Part shown: piece by piece, positions 17,984 through 28,701 of the stretch
Position numbering within the stretch: position 1 is the stretch's first letter
Layout: each line of letters opens with the position of its first letter
Assembly (NCBI GenBank): GCA_016182555.1
Contig: JACPGJ010000008.1
Location: 455,411 to 519,410, forward strand
DNA: 64,000 nt
Reading direction: 5' to 3'
Origin: Candidatus Kerfeldbacteria bacterium
GTDB lineage: Bacteria; Patescibacteriota; Patescibacteriia; UBA9570; XYC2-FULL-38-9
The notes under the pieces: generated by a model
What the model saw: only the letters and a program-made list of their open reading frames with translations
Told to the model about the DNA's origin: nothing
The model's database searches: none
Made by a program: the position numbers and the translations under genes

Positions 17984-19279
17984 TTATGGAGTAATGCGGT
18001 TGATCATGCGTGGAAACGGAATCGTTTCGCGGATATGCTTTGTGCCGGTAATCCAAGCGGTAATACGCTCTAAACCATACCCAAAACCGGAATGAGGCAC
18101 AGAGCCATATTTGCGTAAATCGAGGTACCATTCAAACGGTGCTCGTGGCAGGTTGAATTCTTCCATTTTGCGGACAAGCAAATCATAATCATCAATACGC
18201 TGCGAACCACCAATAATTTCGCCATAGCCTTCTGGTGCTAATAAATCAGAACACAACACGCGGCTCGAATCTTCTGGGTCTGGCTTCATATAAAACGCTT
18301 TCACTTTCGCTGGATATTTCATAATGAACATCGGCACATCGTACTGCTGCGTGAGTATTGTTTCGTCATCTGCGCCGAGGTCGTCATCTGCGGCGATGTC
18401 ACTCCCCAAAACATGCAACTTCTCCACTGCTTCCGCGTGAGTGATGCGTACAAATGGTTTTGTTACGGCGGTTTGCAACGGTGCCACATTTCGCTCCAAC
18501 ACACCCAACTCCACAACATTACGCTCCAACACTGCTGCAACAATATATTTCATCAACCCTTCCTGAATATCCATGTTGCCGATGTAATCCACAAACGCCG
18601 CTTCCGCATCCATCATCCAAAACTCAGTTAAGTGCCGGCGGGTTTTCGATTTTTCTGCACGAAACACCGGACCAAAATCAAACACACGGCCATGCGAAAA
18701 CATGGCGGCTTCCAAATATAACTGCCCACTCTGTGTCAAATACGCTTTTCCTTCATCAAAATAATTCAGTTCAAATAGTTCGGTCGTATCTTCGCAAGAA
18801 GTTGGCGTGAGCACCGGCGCATCAATTTTGATATAGCCTTCTTTATTCAAATATTCGTAGGTTGCGTTAATAATAGTATTGCGCACACGTTGAATTGCCC
18901 ACTGGGTTCCTGCACGCAACCACAGGTGCCGTTCGTTCAACAAAAAATCTGGGCCGTGTTCTTTTTTTCCAATCGGATATTCTTGCGCAATTTGCAATAC
19001 CGTCAACCCACTCACCTGCAATTCATATTCTTCTTTTTTGGGGTGCTTACTTACCGTGCCGGTTAATTCCACGGAAGATTCAATCGTCAGCTTCTGTGTG
19101 CTCTCCCATACTGGCGCAGGCACCGCGGTTTCCGAAACAATCGCCTGCGCAAAACCCGATCCGTCACGAATTTGTAAAAACGCGATCTTGCCCGATGAAC
19201 GCAGGTTATAGACCCATCCACGAAAGGTCACCTCTTCACCAACGTGTTTTGAAAATGCGAAAATGGTTGAATGTGTCAT
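17984..19279 (-). CDS. asnS: Asparagine--tRNA ligase
   Basis: YLTQSGQLYLE, FRAEKSKTRRHLTEFWM, GEIIGGSQR and WYLDLRKYGSVPHSGFG motifs. Confidence 0.96.
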   Translation of the reverse strand: MTHSTIFAFSKHVGEEVTFRGWVYNLRSSGKIAFLQIRDGSGFAQAIVSETAVPAPVWESTQKLTIESSVELTGTVSKHPKKEEYELQVSGLTVLQIAQEYPIGKKEHGPDFLLNERHLWLRAGTQWAIQRVRNTIINATYEYLNKEGYIKIDAPVLTPTSCEDTTELFELNYFDEGKAYLTQSGQLYLEAAMFSHGRVFDFGPVFRAEKSKTRRHLTEFWMMDAEAAFVDYIGNMDIQEGLMKYIVAAVLERNVVELGVLERNVAPLQTAVTKPFVRITHAEAVEKLHVLGSDIAADDDLGADDETILTQQYDVPMFIMKYPAKVKAFYMKPDPEDSSRVLCSDLLAPEGYGEIIGGSQRIDDYDLLVRKMEEFNLPRAPFEWYLDLRKYGSVPHSGFGYGLERITAWITGTKHIRETIPFPRMINRITP

Positions 19280-19290
19280 AAAATAGAAAT

Positions 19291-20028
19291 TTATTTTTTA
19301 TCTTCTCGCCGTTCCATCATACGCACCGCTTGTTCCATGGCGAGGGTTTGTTTACGCGCGGTTTCAAAACGTAACACACCAAGGTGTTCTTCGACGTGTC
19401 CGAGTAACTCCGCACGATCTGTATCATGCAGATAACGAAACGCCACTTCTTTCAGCGCGTGAATGGTTGGTTCCATGCGCGTGTCGGCATCAATCGCCGC
19501 GATGAACCCATACTTGAGCACATCAGCCGCACGTTGTTCATTGTACTGCGGTTCGAGTTGTTTACAGAAACGCACCATTTCATCACACAACGCATCTAAC
19601 TCATCAAATTTTTCTGCCATCATCTTCCCCGGCAAAATATATTCTTTGTATTCTGTTTCAATCAACTCAGCAACATCGTCTTCTCCATTTTCCATGTCAG
19701 CACGAATTTCGGTGAGAAAATCGTTCACCAAAAAATCGACTAACGCCGGGTTCACGGTTTCGGCCGCTTCAAAGTAGGAGAATAATTCTGCTTTCACGAA
19801 CGGACTACGCAGTGATTGCTGAGGCGAGGACAACAATGAATACACATGAGTACGGTCAGCTAGTTGGCGCTGAATTTCTTGGTATTCCAACACCGACTTC
19901 GCGAGTTCTTCGAGTTTCGTTATTTGTTCTTGCTTGGCCGTCAATGCAATCAATTGCTGCTCATATTGCACAATCTGGTCATGCAACTGTTGTTTCACTT
20001 CGAATATCTGTTGTTCGTTGATGTTCAT
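19291..20028 (-). CDS. Helical hypothetical protein (probable start MNINEQ)
   Basis: Long ORF with a coiled-coil N-terminus; in the same gene string as the P-type ATPase. Confidence 0.65.
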   Translation of the reverse strand: MNINEQQIFEVKQQLHDQIVQYEQQLIALTAKQEQITKLEELAKSVLEYQEIQRQLADRTHVYSLLSSPQQSLRSPFVKAELFSYFEAAETVNPALVDFLVNDFLTEIRADMENGEDDVAELIETEYKEYILPGKMMAEKFDELDALCDEMVRFCKQLEPQYNEQRAADVLKYGFIAAIDADTRMEPTIHALKEVAFRYLHDTDRAELLGHVEEHLGVLRFETARKQTLAMEQAVRMMERREDKK

Positions 20029-22690
20029 ATCGACGGTTATTGCGAATAATAAAACTATACTTAATAATCTCAATAATAGCAATAACCACTAGAGAAACAA
20101 CGATAATAATGCTCCATTCCTGGGTCCCCAAGGCAACGGTATTCAACAAGCGTTGTAAAAATGGAACATAGAGCGCGGCCAATTGAATACCTGCCGCCGC
20201 GCTGACCGCCACAAACAGCCAGGGATTGGTGAAAAAATGACGATGAAAAATGGGATGGCGAAGAGAACGCACAGAAAAAACATACAACAAGGAATCAACG
20301 GCGAGTGTCGCGAATACCACCGAACGCGCCAATTCCAGGTTGCCGGTCGTACGCCAAAAATAGAGAAAGACAAAAAAATTACCAACTCCGGTCACGAAAG
20401 AAATAATCAGTGCCAACAGTTTCATTTCGTTGTTCATAATCGGTTCAGTGGCCGGGCGCGGTGGTTCTTTCATGAGTTCGGGCTCTTTCGCTTCAACCGT
20501 GAGGGCCACATTCGGTAAACCATCAGCGACAAGGTTGATCCACAAAATTTGTGCAGCTGTGAGTGGGAGTGGAATGCCGGTGAGTAACGCCAAGCCAATA
20601 AGCAACACTTCAGAAAAAGAATCGGACAACAAGTAGAGTACAATTTTGCGAATGTTATCAAAAATACCACGACCTTCTTCGATCGCCGCCACAATAGTGG
20701 CATATTGATCGTCAAGCAGCACAATATCTGCCGTTTCTTTGGCTACATCTGTTCCGCTGCCGAGGGCTACGCCAATATCTGCCGCTTTCAAGGCCGGTGA
20801 ATCATTCACGCCGTCTCCAGTCATTGCAACTATGGCGCCACGCGACTGCCATGCACGAATAATATTAAGCTTATCTTCCGGCGAGACGCGCGCATACACA
20901 TGAATTTTTTCCACCACCGCATTTAATTCTTCTTGAGTCATGTTATGCAATTGCTCTCCATCGAGAATCTGTTCGTCACTGATGGCAAACCCCACTTCGC
21001 GCGCAATCGCCGTGGCGGTGAATCGATGATCGCCAGTAATCATGATGGTACGAATACCAGCTTGCTGCGTGCGAGCAAACGTTTCCGCAATATTCGGGCG
21101 AAGCGGATCTTTGATGCCAACAAAACCCACAAAAGTCATTTCCGCGCAATCTTCCGGAGTCAATGTGGTCTGTTTTTGTGGAACATCTTTATACGCGAGG
21201 GCGAGAATACGCAACCCTTGTTGCGAATATTCTTCAAACCGTTCTTCAAATTTTTTCCGGGCCGGCGCCATAAACCGTTTTTGTGAAGCACCGGTGCGAA
21301 TATGCGTACACATTTCTATTACTTTTTCTGGCGCGCCTTTCACATAGATACGACGATGACTATGCGGGTGTTGGTGCAACGTAGCCATAAATTTAATTTT
21401 AGAATTGAACGGAATCGAAGCGAGACGCGGTTCGCTTTCCCGCAATACTTCCGGGCTCAATCCTAAGTTCATTCCACCTAACAAAAAAGCTCGCTCAGTA
21501 AAATTTCCTACCACTACCGCTTCTTGCATGGCACTGGCTGCAACCACATGAGCATCGTTACAGAGCATGCCAATATTGAATGCAAACACTAACTCTTCTA
21601 ACCCTTCCGGTTCGTGGCGCTCAACTTCATGTAATTGTTTAAAATGATAATCATGTGTAACCAACGACACAATTTGCATATTCCCTTCGGTAATCGTTCC
21701 GGTTTTGTCCGTACAAATGACACTCGTGGAACCCAGTGTTTCTGCGGCTTGTAAATTGCGCACCAGCGCATGGCGTTTCAAAATACGTTGCATACCAATA
21801 GCCAGAATAATGGTCACCGAAACCACCAAACCTTCTGGAATGGCGGAAACGGCCACAGCCACCGCGGTCGTAAAAATATGCACAAAAGGCTCCCCTTTCA
21901 ACAAACCAATCAACACGATACCAATACAAATAGCGACAACAATACTGCCAATCTGCCGAGCAAAACTATCTAACCGTTTTTGCAACGGCGTTGCTTGCTG
22001 CTTCGTATGAGCCAGTAATTCGGCAACACGACCAATTTCAGTATACAATCCTGTTGCCGTCACTACGGCTTTGCCTGAACCTTTTGTCACGACCGTGCCG
22101 GTGTACACCATATTTGTTCGATCAGCCAGAGTGGTATTGGCATCGAGCTGCGCCACTTGTTTTACGATAGCCATGGATTCACCCGTGAGTGCTGCTTCAT
22201 TTAATTCTAATTCGATCGCTTCAAGTAAACGTGCATCAGCAGGTACTTTGTCACCGGCATCCAAAAAAATAATATCACCGGGCACGAGTTTTTTAGCATC
22301 AATAAAATCTTCTTTGCCTGCACGTATCACTTTTGCCTGCATAGTAATAACAGTACGCAAGCTCTCTAATGCGCGCTCGGCTTTCTGTTCTTGCAAAAAA
22401 CCAACAAGCACATTTAATAATACTGCCGCCAAAATAATATAGGCATCTGTGGCGTCATGCAGCGCGAAACTGACCGCTGCTGCGAGCAATAGAATACCGA
22501 TCAAAAAATTAGCGAATTGTTTGAAAAACAACACAAATACACTTACCCGTTTTGCCTGCGGCAGTTGATTTGGACCGATATGCGTAAACCGTTTTTCCGC
22601 CTCATGGGGCGACAAACCATTGGCACTCGTGTGCAGCGCAGAGCACGCCTCTGCTGACGTCAAAATATAAAAATGTTTTTCTGTATTCAC
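19979..22690 (-). CDS. Cation-transporting P-type ATPase (type II, Ca2+-like)
   Basis: TGES, PEGL, DKTGT, KGAPE and GDGVND motifs. Confidence 0.95.
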   Translation of the reverse strand: MNTEKHFYILTSAEACSALHTSANGLSPHEAEKRFTHIGPNQLPQAKRVSVFVLFFKQFANFLIGILLLAAAVSFALHDATDAYIILAAVLLNVLVGFLQEQKAERALESLRTVITMQAKVIRAGKEDFIDAKKLVPGDIIFLDAGDKVPADARLLEAIELELNEAALTGESMAIVKQVAQLDANTTLADRTNMVYTGTVVTKGSGKAVVTATGLYTEIGRVAELLAHTKQQATPLQKRLDSFARQIGSIVVAICIGIVLIGLLKGEPFVHIFTTAVAVAVSAIPEGLVVSVTIILAIGMQRILKRHALVRNLQAAETLGSTSVICTDKTGTITEGNMQIVSLVTHDYHFKQLHEVERHEPEGLEELVFAFNIGMLCNDAHVVAASAMQEAVVVGNFTERAFLLGGMNLGLSPEVLRESEPRLASIPFNSKIKFMATLHQHPHSHRRIYVKGAPEKVIEMCTHIRTGASQKRFMAPARKKFEERFEEYSQQGLRILALAYKDVPQKQTTLTPEDCAEMTFVGFVGIKDPLRPNIAETFARTQQAGIRTIMITGDHRFTATAIAREVGFAISDEQILDGEQLHNMTQEELNAVVEKIHVYARVSPEDKLNIIRAWQSRGAIVAMTGDGVNDSPALKAADIGVALGSGTDVAKETADIVLLDDQYATIVAAIEEGRGIFDNIRKIVLYLLSDSFSEVLLIGLALLTGIPLPLTAAQILWINLVADGLPNVALTVEAKEPELMKEPPRPATEPIMNNEMKLLALIISFVTGVGNFFVFLYFWRTTGNLELARSVVFATLAVDSLLYVFSVRSLRHPIFHRHFFTNPWLFVAVSAAAGIQLAALYVPFLQRLLNTVALGTQEWSIIIVVSLVVIAIIEIIKYSFIIRNNRRYEHQRTTDIRSETTVA

Positions 22691-22722
22691 AAAACTATTG
22701 TAGCATTACTGTGAGTGCTATA

Positions 22723-22878
22723 TCAATGCATGTTTCTACCGGCAAACCGTGCAGCAACGACGACGATTGCGATAAATAAAATAATACTGAAAAAAAAGAC
22801 CCCCATTGATAACATCACGGCTTTTCGGACAATCGCCGTCTTCCCGGGTTCTTTCTGTTCTTTGCTGTTATCAGCCAT
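22723..22878 (-). CDS. Small single-TM membrane protein, 51 aa (MADNSKEQKEPGKTAIVRKAVMLSMGVFFFSIILFIAIVVVAARFAGRNMH)
   Basis: Read by hand; fills the gap between the DUF475 gene and the ATPase in the same orientation. Confidence 0.6.
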   Translation of the reverse strand: MADNSKEQKEPGKTAIVRKAVMLSMGVFFFSIILFIAIVVVAARFAGRNMH

Positions 22879-22881
22879 AGA

Positions 22882-23808
22882 CTATACCGTGCTTGAAGAA
22901 ACCATTGCCCGCTTTGACTTCAAGAAAAAATAAACCACGACTCCGAAGGTAATCACTGGCGAGACCCATTCCGGAATATGAAATCCAAAGCTATGCAGTA
23001 CCATAATACCACCGAGAAAAAGAATGGAATACATTGCGCCATTCTTTAAATATTTATATTTCTTAATACGCTCCACATTGCTCACCGTCAGTTGACGAAC
23101 CACAATCGCGCCAATACCATTTCCCACCAAAATCAACGGCACCGAAAGTGTGAACGCAAATGCACCCAGCACGCCATCAATTGAAAATGTCGCATCGATG
23201 ACTTCCAAATACAAAATTTTGCTGATGTCCGACATGCTCCCCTGTTGAATAAGTTGTTGTTCTCGTAATTCCGCATTTTTCTTAAATCCATGTGTAATGA
23301 AAAAAGCCGTAGAACCGACCACAGCACCGAAAGCCAGCAGCGGATCTTTATGCAACGCAAACCAAACAATCGTTGCTAATGCAATGGAAACCACGGCATA
23401 AAACCAAACGCCTTGACGGTAAAGAAATTTTTCTCCAAACAGACCAAAATGTTTTTCTTCCAAAAAAATCCAATGCAGAAAAAGAAAAACAAGGAATGTG
23501 CCACCACCAATGAGCAAAATAGGTGCCGATTTTTCAATCGCTGCCAATACTTGCGGATCGCTGCTAAATGTCGCGGTCAATGCACCAATGGGGCCGAGGC
23601 TTGGAATGGTTGCCCATACAATCGCCCACGGCATCAGACCGCGCACGAGAAACACCGCAATGAGAATACCCCACATCAAAAACCAACGGCGTGCTTTTTT
23701 CCCCATGGTCGAAAGCACCTCTGCATTAATAATGGCATTATCAATGCTGCTGATGGTTTCAAAGAGAACGAGTCCGCCAATAATGAGAAAAATTGAAAAA
23801 ATATTCAT
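22882..23808 (-). CDS. DUF475 / TerC-like integral membrane protein
   Basis: ETISSIDNAIINA and YLEVIDATFSIDGVLGAFA motifs. Confidence 0.85.
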   Translation of the reverse strand: MNIFSIFLIIGGLVLFETISSIDNAIINAEVLSTMGKKARRWFLMWGILIAVFLVRGLMPWAIVWATIPSLGPIGALTATFSSDPQVLAAIEKSAPILLIGGGTFLVFLFLHWIFLEEKHFGLFGEKFLYRQGVWFYAVVSIALATIVWFALHKDPLLAFGAVVGSTAFFITHGFKKNAELREQQLIQQGSMSDISKILYLEVIDATFSIDGVLGAFAFTLSVPLILVGNGIGAIVVRQLTVSNVERIKKYKYLKNGAMYSILFLGGIMVLHSFGFHIPEWVSPVITFGVVVYFFLKSKRAMVSSSTV

Positions 23809-23812
23809 AGGG

Positions 23813-23885
23813 TGGGTCGTGCAGGAATCGAACCTGCGACCATCAGCTTAAAAGGCTGTTGCTCTACCGACTGAGCTAACGACCC
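23813..23885 (-). tRNA. tRNA-Lys (TTT)
   Basis: GGGTCGTTAGCTCAGTCGGTAGAGCAACAGCCTTTTAAGCTGATGGTCGCAGGTTCGATTCCTGCACGACCCA. Confidence 0.96.
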
Positions 23886-24053
23886 ATGCACTTGAAAAGC
23901 ATGCAGCAGTATACCAAAGATATTAATCAATGTGAAGCAGATCATACCATCATTGCAGAGTTAGGTCAAGCGGTTGAGCTTGACCAGCTTCTCCAGCATG
24001 CCTATAATTGATGGCTCGACAATGAATTTTATTAACATACTAGTCTATTTCTC

Positions 24054-26807
24054 ATGATATATTCTCCCTCTATTCGCATGCGTATCGCCGCCGCCTTAAC
24101 CTTGGCTTCTTTTTTTATCAGTGTTTTTCACATCGGTTCGGAAATACGTACAGCAAATGCACAAAAAACCAGGCAGAAAAAAAATACAATCAATGTGCCT
24201 CTCCATATTAAAAATTCGAATAGTGTACCGCGAAACAATGCCATAGTCAGCTCAGGTATTCCCCTACCCGAAGCCAACCATATCACACGAACAAAAAAAT
24301 TACGCATTGTTGATGACACTGGAAAAATCATTCCTGCTCAATTTCAAGTACTTTCTCGGTGGAACGGTGGACCGCAAAATAAGCATAATCCTATTCAGTG
24401 GGTCTTAGTCGATTTTCAAGTGAAGAGCCTGCCGGCAAATGGGGAAAAAATATTTCGTTTGCAAACTGCTCCAGGAAACCATGTACCTCATAACCAAATT
24501 CACATTCAAAAAACAGCAGATCACTTTACGATCAATACCGGTGTAGCGCAGTTTGTATTAAACCGAAAACAATTTACGCTCTTTCAACAAGTGAAGATAG
24601 ATAGCGATGATGATGGCACTCTCGATACAGAATTACTGAATCCAGACACGGGAGGAGCCATACTCACCATGAATGGAAAAACCTATACGACACGCAATGG
24701 TGATATGCAAACCATGAAATTTGAACACCGCGGCCCATTGCATAGCGTGCTGTTAGTCAAAGGTTGGCACGAAAATAGTGCAGGGGAAAAAGCGCTGGCA
24801 TACACTACTCGGTTCCATTTTTATGCGAATAGTCCAGCAGTGACTGTGCAATATGCAGCTTGGAATGATGGAAAAATAGTGAATGAAGGTGGACAACCCG
24901 ATATCAAAGAATTTGGCAGTCCAAATACAGCCATATTTAGCGGCATCACACTCAACACCCAACTACAAACACATAATTCACCATCCTACACCATCGGTGG
25001 TACAGCAGATGAGCGTTGGAATGGAACACTCTATAATGAAGCTGTATTATATCAAGATTCCAGTGGTGGTCCGAAATGGAGCCACACCCCAGATAATGTG
25101 AATAATACCTTTCGCGGATTTACCGCCACTGCAAATGACACGACGATGCATGACAGTTGCGCAAACGATGCAGATTCTGCGAATTGCCGCGCTGTTGGCT
25201 GGATTGATCTCTCTTCTTCCGCTGGTGGACTTGCCGTTGGTGTGCGTGACTTTTGGCAAAACTATCCGAAGGGATTGCGGGTGAATACAAATGGAACCGT
25301 ACAGGTGGAACTGTTTCCAGAAGAATACAACGCGAATTTTGAATTGCGTGTCGGAGAACAAAAAACCCATACTATTTCCTACTACTTTCATGCACCGGAT
25401 ATCAGCAGTGAACAGATACAGCAACAGATGATCGGTGCAAATTCACCTCTACAAGCCTGGGCGCCTGCCAATTGGTATCTCAACAAAGCAGCCGTTTTTC
25501 ACCATGCCGTCGCATACAACAAGAAAAAATTCTCAGCGTTTGAAGGCTATAACAATGCGGCTATCTCTTACAAAGATGCGAACTTGTTCTTACTCGAAGA
25601 TGGCATACCAAATACAGGCTGGACGTATGGTGACCGACCAGAATCATACGGTTGGCGAAATTATGGCGACCGCATTGCCGAAGATGAAACATCTGGTGAT
25701 GGCTACCCTGTATTCACGAACATGCAATACGACCATACCTGGTTCTATATTCTTCAAACAATTCGCACACTGGGCAGTGGAAACAGTCGGTCAGATGACT
25801 GGTGGAATTTAGCAGCACCAGCGGCATTGCTGCAAGGCGATATTAATATTATTCATTCACGCTGTACCGGAAAAACGGCAACAGCCATGGGATCGTGCAT
25901 GGATTCAAGTACACCAATACCAATCGGTTGGGCAATGGGCGGCCGGCTGACTAACCAGTGGCATTCCTGGTCATCGGAACATATTCATCGCCACGCCTTA
26001 ATTGATTCTTGGGCCGGAGGATTGCATGGCCAGCTTTATTATTACTACCTTACCGGCGACGGTTTTGTGAAAGACGCTTGGAAAGAATATGCACGTAATA
26101 GTGCCTGGCGGATGGAGAATACGCCATGCAACCAAGACATAACAACAGATTGCGACCCAGGGTATGCATCAATGAATCCTCATGCGGCTCAAGATAACGA
26201 ATGGGGTCGAGGCGGAGCCTATATGTTGGAAATTCTTACTGACGCATGGAACGCCACGGGCAAGCAACGTTACTTGGATTCCGCACAAGCTGTCGTTGCA
26301 GCACTCAACCCAGATGGCACGTGGTTTACAGCACCAGATTTCACTTTAAATAGTAACGCAGAAGGAACTGGCCGTACGGTTTCACCTTGGGCAGTGGCGA
26401 TGGTCACCAAATCGTTAGGATATTATCTCGATAGCTACAAAGACCATTTTGGCACCATAGATACCAATGCTCAACATGATTTAATCGAATACGCCCACGT
26501 ACTGAGCAACTTTTGGCAACTAGGTGAGGACCAACCTACGCAATACCGCATTTATGAAAATGGAGCGTATACACCCGTAGAAAGTGACCCCCTGGATGTA
26601 GCTATGGCCGATGGATTGATTTGGGCGCTCGATTATGATGATGGCACACTAGACCGTGTTCGTATTGCAAAGGTGGCAGAAGCGGCTTTCAACGCCGGCA
26701 GCCATCCGTGGGGTTCATACGCCGAAAATACCTATATGACCACCAAAACCCACGTGATGATGGGAATCAATGGTTGGCGCTACATGAAATACGCACTCAA
26801 CAAATAA
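24054..26807 (+). CDS. Large secreted protein, YetA/exo-rhamnogalacturonan-lyase-like
   Basis: Signal/anchor, then VSSGIPLP...IPAQFQVLSRW...IQWVLVDF, VRDFWQNYPKGL and YGWRNYGD, resembling the PcRGLX/YetA family. Confidence 0.6.
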   Translation: MIYSPSIRMRIAAALTLASFFISVFHIGSEIRTANAQKTRQKKNTINVPLHIKNSNSVPRNNAIVSSGIPLPEANHITRTKKLRIVDDTGKIIPAQFQVLSRWNGGPQNKHNPIQWVLVDFQVKSLPANGEKIFRLQTAPGNHVPHNQIHIQKTADHFTINTGVAQFVLNRKQFTLFQQVKIDSDDDGTLDTELLNPDTGGAILTMNGKTYTTRNGDMQTMKFEHRGPLHSVLLVKGWHENSAGEKALAYTTRFHFYANSPAVTVQYAAWNDGKIVNEGGQPDIKEFGSPNTAIFSGITLNTQLQTHNSPSYTIGGTADERWNGTLYNEAVLYQDSSGGPKWSHTPDNVNNTFRGFTATANDTTMHDSCANDADSANCRAVGWIDLSSSAGGLAVGVRDFWQNYPKGLRVNTNGTVQVELFPEEYNANFELRVGEQKTHTISYYFHAPDISSEQIQQQMIGANSPLQAWAPANWYLNKAAVFHHAVAYNKKKFSAFEGYNNAAISYKDANLFLLEDGIPNTGWTYGDRPESYGWRNYGDRIAEDETSGDGYPVFTNMQYDHTWFYILQTIRTLGSGNSRSDDWWNLAAPAALLQGDINIIHSRCTGKTATAMGSCMDSSTPIPIGWAMGGRLTNQWHSWSSEHIHRHALIDSWAGGLHGQLYYYYLTGDGFVKDAWKEYARNSAWRMENTPCNQDITTDCDPGYASMNPHAAQDNEWGRGGAYMLEILTDAWNATGKQRYLDSAQAVVAALNPDGTWFTAPDFTLNSNAEGTGRTVSPWAVAMVTKSLGYYLDSYKDHFGTIDTNAQHDLIEYAHVLSNFWQLGEDQPTQYRIYENGAYTPVESDPLDVAMADGLIWALDYDDGTLDRVRIAKVAEAAFNAGSHPWGSYAENTYMTTKTHVMMGINGWRYMKYALNK

Positions 26808-26890
26808 ACTGTGTGTACAACACGGGGAAAGAATGTGTCTTTCCCTGCGTTGGCATTGGCAGAAATTTACGATAAGATACGGAGACACCT

Positions 26891-28282
26891 ATGGCAGAAA
26901 CATCTCTCATCCCTCAACCCGCTCTCGGCTTTGTGCCGCCAAATAACACCGAAGCTGAACAGGCGGTCCTCGGCGCGTTGCTGATTGACCAAAACGCCAT
27001 TATTCGGGTTGCCGATATTGTCGATTCTGATGATTTTTACGCCGAAAAGCACCGGTTGATTTATGAATCGATGATTGAGATTTACAGCAAACGTGAACCG
27101 ATTGACCTGGTGAGTTTGACCAACCGTTTGAACGAAAAAAATGTGCTGGAAAATATTGGCGGCCGTGCCTTTCTTGCGGGACTGACCAATAGCGTCCCAA
27201 CAGCCAGCAATGTCGAATTCTACGCCAAAATTGTTCACCAAAAAGCGACGCTACGTCGTTTAATCAAAACCGGTTACGACATTATCAAATTTGGACAAGA
27301 AGAAACCAATGATATTGAACATGTGTTGGACAAAGCTGAACAGGCACTCTTCACGGTATCGCAACAATCCCTGCGCCAAAACTTTGTCGCCATTCATTCT
27401 ATTTTGACGGATGCCTTTGACCGGTTGGACGAAATTCATCGTAATGAAGGAAAGTTGCGTGGCGTTTCAACCGGCTACAAAGCCTTAGATAATATGCTCG
27501 GTGGATTGCAGAAATCAGATCTCATCATTTTAGCAGCTCGACCATCGATGGGAAAAACCGGTTTGGCGTTGGATATTGCGCGGCATGTGTCGGTGCGAGA
27601 AAAAATTCCCACCGCGATTGTGTCACTGGAAATGAGTAAAGACCAATTAGGCGACCGCATGTTGTGTGCCGAAGCCAGCGTCGATTTATGGAAAATGCGC
27701 ACTGGCAAACTGCAAAACGATTCCGACTTTGCCAATATCGGCCGTGCGATGGGAGCACTCGCTGAAGCTCCCCTCTTCATCGACGACTCTGCGTCTGCCA
27801 ATATTATGGAAATTCGCACCAAGGCCCGCCGTTTGCAAATGGAACACGGTATCGGATTATTGATTATCGATTATTTACAATTAATGGAAGGGCGCAATAC
27901 CAATTCCGATAACCGCGTGCAAGAAATTGCCGAGATCTCTCGTGGGTTAAAATCGATTGCGCGTGAATTGAATGTACCGGTGCTCGCGTTGTCGCAGTTG
28001 TCTCGCGCCGTGGAACAACAAAATCCACCGATTCCAAAGCTCTCTCATTTACGTGAAAGTGGTAGCATTGAACAAGATGCCGATGTCGTCATGTTTATTT
28101 ACCGTGAAGAATATTATAAAAGAGATAGCGACCGAAAAAACATTGCGGACGTGATTATCGCTAAACACCGTAACGGTCCCGTAGGCCAAATTGAACTGTT
28201 CTTCGATATTGAAAAAGCATCGTTCAAAAACCTAGAAAAACGGTTTAATGATGTTGGCCCTCCCCCACCCGAAGCGTTCTAA
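26891..28282 (+). CDS. dnaB: Replicative DNA helicase
   Basis: EAEQAVLG, AARPSMGKT, IDYLQL, LRESGSIEQDAD and AKHRNGP motifs. Confidence 0.97.
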   Translation: MAETSLIPQPALGFVPPNNTEAEQAVLGALLIDQNAIIRVADIVDSDDFYAEKHRLIYESMIEIYSKREPIDLVSLTNRLNEKNVLENIGGRAFLAGLTNSVPTASNVEFYAKIVHQKATLRRLIKTGYDIIKFGQEETNDIEHVLDKAEQALFTVSQQSLRQNFVAIHSILTDAFDRLDEIHRNEGKLRGVSTGYKALDNMLGGLQKSDLIILAARPSMGKTGLALDIARHVSVREKIPTAIVSLEMSKDQLGDRMLCAEASVDLWKMRTGKLQNDSDFANIGRAMGALAEAPLFIDDSASANIMEIRTKARRLQMEHGIGLLIIDYLQLMEGRNTNSDNRVQEIAEISRGLKSIARELNVPVLALSQLSRAVEQQNPPIPKLSHLRESGSIEQDADVVMFIYREEYYKRDSDRKNIADVIIAKHRNGPVGQIELFFDIEKASFKNLEKRFNDVGPPPPEAF

Positions 28283-28363
28283 ATAGTAGGGCAGCTAACC
28301 CGGCTTGCGAGAGTAGCTCCGCTTCGATACAATACAAACACTTAACTGATTGATAACAAGTAT

Positions 28364-28669
28364 ATGTTTCAAAAACTGAAGCAGTATAAAGACCTGCGTG
28401 GTCAAGCAAAAAAAGCGCAATCTATCCTGGAATCCGTGACGGTTCATGCCGATGCGGCTGGCGGAAAAATTGCAATTGTGATGGATGGCAACCAAAAAAT
28501 TATGAATCTGGATATTGACGTTTCACTTTTTGCGCCAGAACACAAAAAGAAAGTGGAAGATGGGGTGAAAGAAGCCATTGAAAATGCAACGAAAAAATTG
28601 CAACGCGTGATGTTACAAAAAATTAAAGCGGGCGAATTGGAAATGCCAGATATGTCGAAACTGGCGTAA
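28364..28669 (+). CDS. YbaB/EbfC family nucleoid-associated protein
   Basis: Size, the GGKIAIVMDGNQKI motif and position directly before recR. Confidence 0.85.
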   Translation: MFQKLKQYKDLRGQAKKAQSILESVTVHADAAGGKIAIVMDGNQKIMNLDIDVSLFAPEHKKKVEDGVKEAIENATKKLQRVMLQKIKAGELEMPDMSKLA

Positions 28670-28701
28670 AACGCGCCTGACCAGTTAGCTATACCGCGAA
28701 C

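Noticed and set aside
28283-28363. SRP RNA (ffs), often found near ybaB-recR
   Set aside because: Only a weak hairpin is present; the region is too short and lacks the conserved SRP loop motif.
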